Source: a virus. From it: DNA of 55,536 nt. Positions 51,883-55,536 of this stretch are shown here, in pieces. A program made the position numbers and the translations under genes. A model generated the notes under the pieces. The model did no database searches, had not been told where the DNA came from, and saw only the letters and a list, made by a program, of their open reading frames with translations. Location: positions 1-55,536 of IMG/VR virus record IMGVR_UViG_3300015195_000001. One strand, 5' to 3'. Every line of letters begins with the position of its first letter. The first letter of the stretch is position 1.

Positions 51883-52085
51883 AGTCTCCCTCTCACGATA
51901 ATGTCCTCTGCCTGCTTCATCGCCTTCGCCTCCATCGTCCCCCACGTTCGCACGTACACCACCAGGCAGACGGCGAGGAAGACGGCGCCGAGGGTTAGCC
52001 ATGCCCCGACGATGAGGCCAGCGAAGAAAGCGGCGACTATCATCCAATCGCCTTCCAATTTGTCACCAGACGCGCCCAGAGCCAT
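51879..52085 (-). CDS. Small membrane protein
   Basis: TM segment WMIVAAFFAGLIVGAWLTLGAVFLAVCLVVY. Confidence 0.5.
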   Translation of the reverse strand: MALGASGDKLEGDWMIVAAFFAGLIVGAWLTLGAVFLAVCLVVYVRTWGTMEAKAMKQAEDIIVRGRL

Positions 52086-52119
52086 TTCTGGGCACTTTGC
52101 GCGAGCCGGCTGTGTGTTT

Positions 52120-52482
52120 TCACCTTGCTTGCCACACCGTCACATCCAGTCGCCCCTCGGGTAGCCCCGTCTGCACTGGGAATCGCCGCGCGCGCACGTC
52201 CACGAATCGGTAATCGTCGATCCCGTATGCCGCGGCGACAGCATCCATCGCCAGCTTGATCGGGCCATCGACATCCGGCTTGCGGCCATTCTTCGGCGGG
52301 TACAGGTCCAAGCCGATGCAGAGATCGCCATCGGGGAGGATGTCGCCCTTGTTGCGCATCACCAGAATCGCCTCGTCCTTCCACGCGCGCGCCTTCTCGG
52401 ACAGGTGGCGGCGCTTGCCCATGCCCGCGTACAAACTGTTCACGTTTACCCCCGAAGGCCAGCGTAGGAGGAAGGTGGGCAT
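52120..52482 (-). CDS. rusA: RusA-family Holliday junction resolvase
   Basis: 120 aa. Motifs GLDLYPP....PDVDGPIKLAMDA and YGIDDYRF. Confidence 0.75.
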   Translation of the reverse strand: MPTFLLRWPSGVNVNSLYAGMGKRRHLSEKARAWKDEAILVMRNKGDILPDGDLCIGLDLYPPKNGRKPDVDGPIKLAMDAVAAAYGIDDYRFVDVRARRFPVQTGLPEGRLDVTVWQAR

Positions 52483-52484
52483 CG

Positions 52485-52706
52485 CTAGTTGTCCCCCACC
52501 AACAGCATCCGCAACATCGCGATCTCGTCGGGTTTAAGATCGACAGAGACGTGTTCGCCGTCCGAGTCGACCAGGATCAAATACGCCGGGAAAGTCTTCC
52601 CGCCCTGGCCGAACGCGATGCTGCCGCCGAGTTCAAGGCGAAGGCGGTGCTCGGTTTGGGTGGCGGGGGTGGTCACGATACCGCCAATCGTAGTTGCCGC
52701 TGCCAC
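52485..52706 (-). CDS. Hypothetical protein
   Basis: 73-aa ORF. The start is uncertain because it overlaps the methyltransferase stop. Confidence 0.45.
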   Translation of the reverse strand: MAAATTIGGIVTTPATQTEHRLRLELGGSIAFGQGGKTFPAYLILVDSDGEHVSVDLKPDEIAMLRMLLVGDN

Positions 52707-53182
52707 GTTTCCAGAGCTTTCGTCACGGCGCCTGATCCGGGGTAGAGGTCGACAAGAGTATCGCCCCGCTCGATGCCGAGAACGTCAAAGAGCCAGTAGC
52801 AGAACTCGGCCGGCTTCGCTCCGTGGGTGCCACGTTCCAGCGTGATATTGGCGGACACCCAATCGCGGATCGTCGGATCGGATCGGTCTCGAGCTCGGCC
52901 ACCACGCATGATGACCGGCTCCCACGCATAGGCCACGCCGACGCCTGGCTTGAAACTGGCGAACGGTTTGACCCACGCCATAACCCTTACGTCGTCGGGA
53001 CACAGCGGTAGGATGACCTTGAGTGACGGCGACGAGCACGACAACGCCCAACCGTCCGGATAATCGCGGACGAGGCGGCTGATAAGTTCGGCGTGATCGA
53101 CTTCCCCTGCATAGTCCGGGTGGTTCCCGTAGTGCTTGGACGCTTGGCCTATGTAGGGTGGATCGGCAAAAGCGAATCTCAT
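52673..53182 (-). CDS. Compact DNA methyltransferase (DPPY, beta-class N6A/N4C type)
   Basis: Motif IV FADPPY at the N-terminus, HGAKPAEF, and motif I DLYPGSG at the C-terminus. ATG at 53182. Confidence 0.7.
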   Translation of the reverse strand: MRFAFADPPYIGQASKHYGNHPDYAGEVDHAELISRLVRDYPDGWALSCSSPSLKVILPLCPDDVRVMAWVKPFASFKPGVGVAYAWEPVIMRGGRARDRSDPTIRDWVSANITLERGTHGAKPAEFCYWLFDVLGIERGDTLVDLYPGSGAVTKALETWQRQLRLAVS

Positions 53183-53264
53183 GGTCCGCTCGTATCTCGA
53201 ATGAAGTAACGGCACCCATCCCACGGTCGGTCCAGCTCCTCGTCGCGCGGGTCGCGTGGGGTGG

Positions 53265-53501
53265 TCATCTAGACTCCATCTGGATCGAACTCACTTCAAT
53301 CGGGATGTCTGGAAAGGTGCCTGTCCATTTCTTGATCAGGTCCGCCGCCTCCTCCCTAGTCAGATCCTGAGGGTATTTATGCGTCGCCCAACGCACGAGT
53401 TCATCAGTCCTCTCAGCGCCCACCCATGCGTGTTCATAGCCCAATCTGTGAATCTCGCCAATTTGGGCCGGGCTTGCGAACGAATCCCAGCTAATATTCA
53501 T
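53265..53501 (-). CDS. Hypothetical protein
   Basis: 78-aa ORF with a 4-nt overlap with the DnaB stop. Confidence 0.5.
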   Translation of the reverse strand: MNISWDSFASPAQIGEIHRLGYEHAWVGAERTDELVRWATHKYPQDLTREEAADLIKKWTGTFPDIPIEVSSIQMESR

Positions 53502-54844
53502 CTCTCACTCCTCGCTAAATTCCTAAACGTCGCCAGCGTCGGCACCCACAGCAGCGGGACGGTCACGCCCGAAGCGCCCTGGCGTTGCTTGGCGATGATG
53601 AGCTCGGCCACGTTGCCGGGATACGCTGTCGTCTTGCGCGCCTGTTTCCACGTGGCCTCGGTCGGGTAGTGGTAGCTGGCGCGGTAGAGCAGCAGAACGA
53701 TGTCAGCCTCCTGCTCGATCTCGCCCGAGTTGCGGAGGTCGATCAGTCCGGGTCGCGTGTCCTGGTTTTCGCGTTCGGTCGTGCGGGAGAGCTGACTGCC
53801 GGCAATCAGCGGCACGTCGAGCTCCATCGCGATCGACTTGAGTGCGCGTGCCGTTTTGCTCACGCGCTCCAAGTCGGTCCTGCCAGGGTCAGCCATGCGC
53901 TGGATGTAGTCGACGACGATGGCGACGATCGGTTCCTCGTGGTGGACGCGCCGGGCAATCGCGCGGACTTTCTCACTCGTCATCGCGCCGTCGGTCACGG
54001 TCAGAATCGGCATAAACTCGCGCGTGGTGAGTGCTTGATTGATCCGGTCTTCGTCGAGGTCGTTCCAGGTATTGCCGGCAACGTCCGTTAATGGCACCTC
54101 GGACAGGACTGAAATATCTCGCGCGGCGAGGTCGATCTTGCCCATTTCGTTCGAGAAGAACAGAACCCGACCGTGGCCGGAGATCGACCGCGCCATGTCG
54201 CGCAGCATGGATGATTTGCCAACACCAGGCCGAGCGCCGATAACGCAGAACTGACCGCCCCGAAAGCCGCCAGACAGGTGACGGTTTAGGTCGTAATAGC
54301 CGGTCGTGACTCCGATTCCCTGACCGTTGCGAATGGCATCGCGCTTACCGGCAAAGAGGTCCATCAGGCTACGGTCGTCGGAGACGCTCGCATCGTCGGA
54401 TGTCTCGACTGTCGAGTCCGCGATGAGCGATGCCGACAACTCGGCTGCGCCGCTGGCGGTGAGGGCGGGATCACTGGCTGCCGTCGCGACGGTGGCGGAA
54501 GCGGCCAGCAGGCGGCGGCGGTTCGACGCTCGGCGCACGCGCTTCGCGTACTCGGTCGCGTAGATCGACGTGGGGCACTGACCGGCGATCTCGACCAGCG
54601 CGAAAGGTTTCACCTTACCGCCACGCCTCGCCAGTTCGTCGACGAGAGCGGTAAAGATCGGTAGATCGCCACGACCGGATATCTCGCGCATCGCCGTAAA
54701 CGTCTCGCGGCAGGCCGGGCTAAAAAACTCGGCCGGTGTCAGCGCGAGCGTGGCGACAATAGGCGGATCAATCAAGCAGGCCCCGATGATGTCCCGTTCA
54801 TCGCGGTCGGCTCGGATCGGCGCGGAGCTCGATATTTCGCCCAT
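53498..54844 (-). CDS. dnaB: DnaB-like replicative helicase
   Basis: N-terminal domain DERDIIGACLIDPP, Walker A GARPGVGKS, Walker B VVDYIQ, and RecA-like motifs. Confidence 0.9.
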   Translation of the reverse strand: MGEISSSAPIRADRDERDIIGACLIDPPIVATLALTPAEFFSPACRETFTAMREISGRGDLPIFTALVDELARRGGKVKPFALVEIAGQCPTSIYATEYAKRVRRASNRRRLLAASATVATAASDPALTASGAAELSASLIADSTVETSDDASVSDDRSLMDLFAGKRDAIRNGQGIGVTTGYYDLNRHLSGGFRGGQFCVIGARPGVGKSSMLRDMARSISGHGRVLFFSNEMGKIDLAARDISVLSEVPLTDVAGNTWNDLDEDRINQALTTREFMPILTVTDGAMTSEKVRAIARRVHHEEPIVAIVVDYIQRMADPGRTDLERVSKTARALKSIAMELDVPLIAGSQLSRTTERENQDTRPGLIDLRNSGEIEQEADIVLLLYRASYHYPTEATWKQARKTTAYPGNVAELIIAKQRQGASGVTVPLLWVPTLATFRNLARSER

Positions 54845-55536
54845 GGGTCCTCTCCTAACAGCTGTTGAGCCTCGAAATCGAATGGCGGTTCATGGTTCGA
54901 CGGTAAAGGAGCCTCGCGATAGTCCGACAGGTGCGAGGCGATCGCCGCCGGGTTGATCGGAAGATTCGGGCAACGCTTTCGGTAGCGCTCGACGATTGAC
55001 GGTATTTCCTCAAGAGTGACGACCGGCTCAGCTGAGCGAATTTCCGTCACGCCTTTACCCCACTTCGCCCACTCGCCTTTCGTCGACGGACGTTGACCGA
55101 TACTTTCGACGAACGATTCCAGGTATCGATCGTTGTCTGTCGGCGCGCGTTTTGTTTTCGCGACGCGCGCCGACTCTTCTTTGTCTTCTTTGTTTGTTTG
55201 TATTGTTTGTTTGTTTGTTTGTAGTACGTCATGTGACGCTACGGTGACAGTCACGTGACTGTCACTCGATTCACGGTGCTTAGCACGTGATGCACGCACG
55301 ACTTCAGCGTGACGAGCACGGCGCTCCTTATACTTTCCGTTGTAGTCTGGCCAATCGTGAATCACTGTCGTGCCCTCCGAGCGATCAACGAAACGCGCGA
55401 AAATCAGGGATTCGTACCATACGCCTGAGTCGTCATTCCAAGAACAAGCGTCCGCGATTTCATCCGCTCCATACTTGGAGATGTCGCCATCGGTCGCGTA
55501 GTCCATTGCCCACCACCACAGAAGGTGCAGGTGGCC
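54772..55536 (-). CDS. Replisome organizer / replication initiator, C-terminal 254 codons (N-terminus lies at 220->128 across the junction)
   Basis: The frame is open to the window end. Same gene as feature 1..220. It contains the ori-like repeat block. Confidence 0.7.
   Translation of the reverse strand, partial: GHLHLLWWWAMDYATDGDISKYGADEIADACSWNDDSGVWYESLIFARFVDRSEGTTVIHDWPDYNGKYKERRARHAEVVRASRAKHRESSDSHVTVTVASHDVLQTNKQTIQTNKEDKEESARVAKTKRAPTDNDRYLESFVESIGQRPSTKGEWAKWGKGVTEIRSAEPVVTLEEIPSIVERYRKRCPNLPINPAAIASHLSDYREAPLPSNHEPPFDFEAQQLLGEDPWAKYRAPRRSEPTAMNGTSSGPA
55142..55330. promoter_or_regulatory. Candidate origin of replication embedded in the organizer gene
   Basis: GC hairpin GGCGCGCG-N14-CGCGCGCC (55142-55171). 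A (TTTG)n / T-rich tract at about 55176-55224. A perfect 22-bp palindrome GTGACAGTCACGTGACTGTCAC (55244-55265). At least 6 further GTGAC/GTCAC/CACGTGA motifs up to about 55330. Confidence 0.5.
55410..55536. repeat. Second copy of the 127-bp terminal repeat
   Basis: Identical to 1..127. Confidence 0.97.

Noticed and set aside
1-55536. CRISPR arrays, tRNA/tmRNA genes, rRNA, transposases and IS elements.
   Set aside because: Reading both strands by eye, I found no regularly spaced direct repeats, no cloverleaf-compatible GTTC-type T-arm context and no DDE/IS-type ORF. A proper tRNAscan/ARAGORN/Infernal run is still needed, especially for 11170-11550.

Overview
This window is a complete, circularly permuted temperate phage genome from a high-GC host. 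It is about 55.4 kb, because bases 1-127 are identical to 55410-55536, which marks the contig as circular. Nearly all genes are on the minus strand.

Reading against the coordinates, the minus-strand modules run in this order:
- Early operon, about 3201->225: a Cro-like HTH protein, small Zn-ribbon proteins and a possible annealing protein.
- Replication: a replisome-organizer gene that crosses the window junction and holds an ori-like repeat block. It is followed by DnaB, a DPPY methyltransferase and RusA.
- About 13 small early genes, about 52085->47161, encoding coiled-coil and Zn-ribbon proteins with paralogy visible at the DNA level.
- A sigma-r4-like regulator and a terminator.
- A ParB-like protein and a putative glycosyltransferase.
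- TerS, TerL, a portal-MuF fusion, the prohead protease and an HK97-type capsid protein.
- A contractile-tail module of PBSX/Mu type: sheath, tube, frameshifted chaperone, tape measure, and XkdP/Q/R/S/T-like baseplate proteins.
- A beta-helix tailspike and tail fibres.
- A lysis cassette.

The plus strand carries four units:
- The CI-like S24 repressor plus a large serine integrase (3322-5716).
- A self-contained accessory cassette (6197-11105) with its own near-consensus promoter and a bidirectional terminator.
- An HNH homing-endonuclease insertion (16473-17060).
- A lipoprotein moron (31215-31685).

The best candidate for an undescribed system is the accessory cassette beside the integrase. 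It encodes a MoxR/CobS-like AAA+ ATPase, a 296-aa protein I recall as DUF3150-like, an HExxH-metallopeptidase/vWA (DUF2201-like) protein and five small unknown proteins. A divergent orphan RHH regulator sits next to it.

All family names come from motifs read by eye. No database searches were run.
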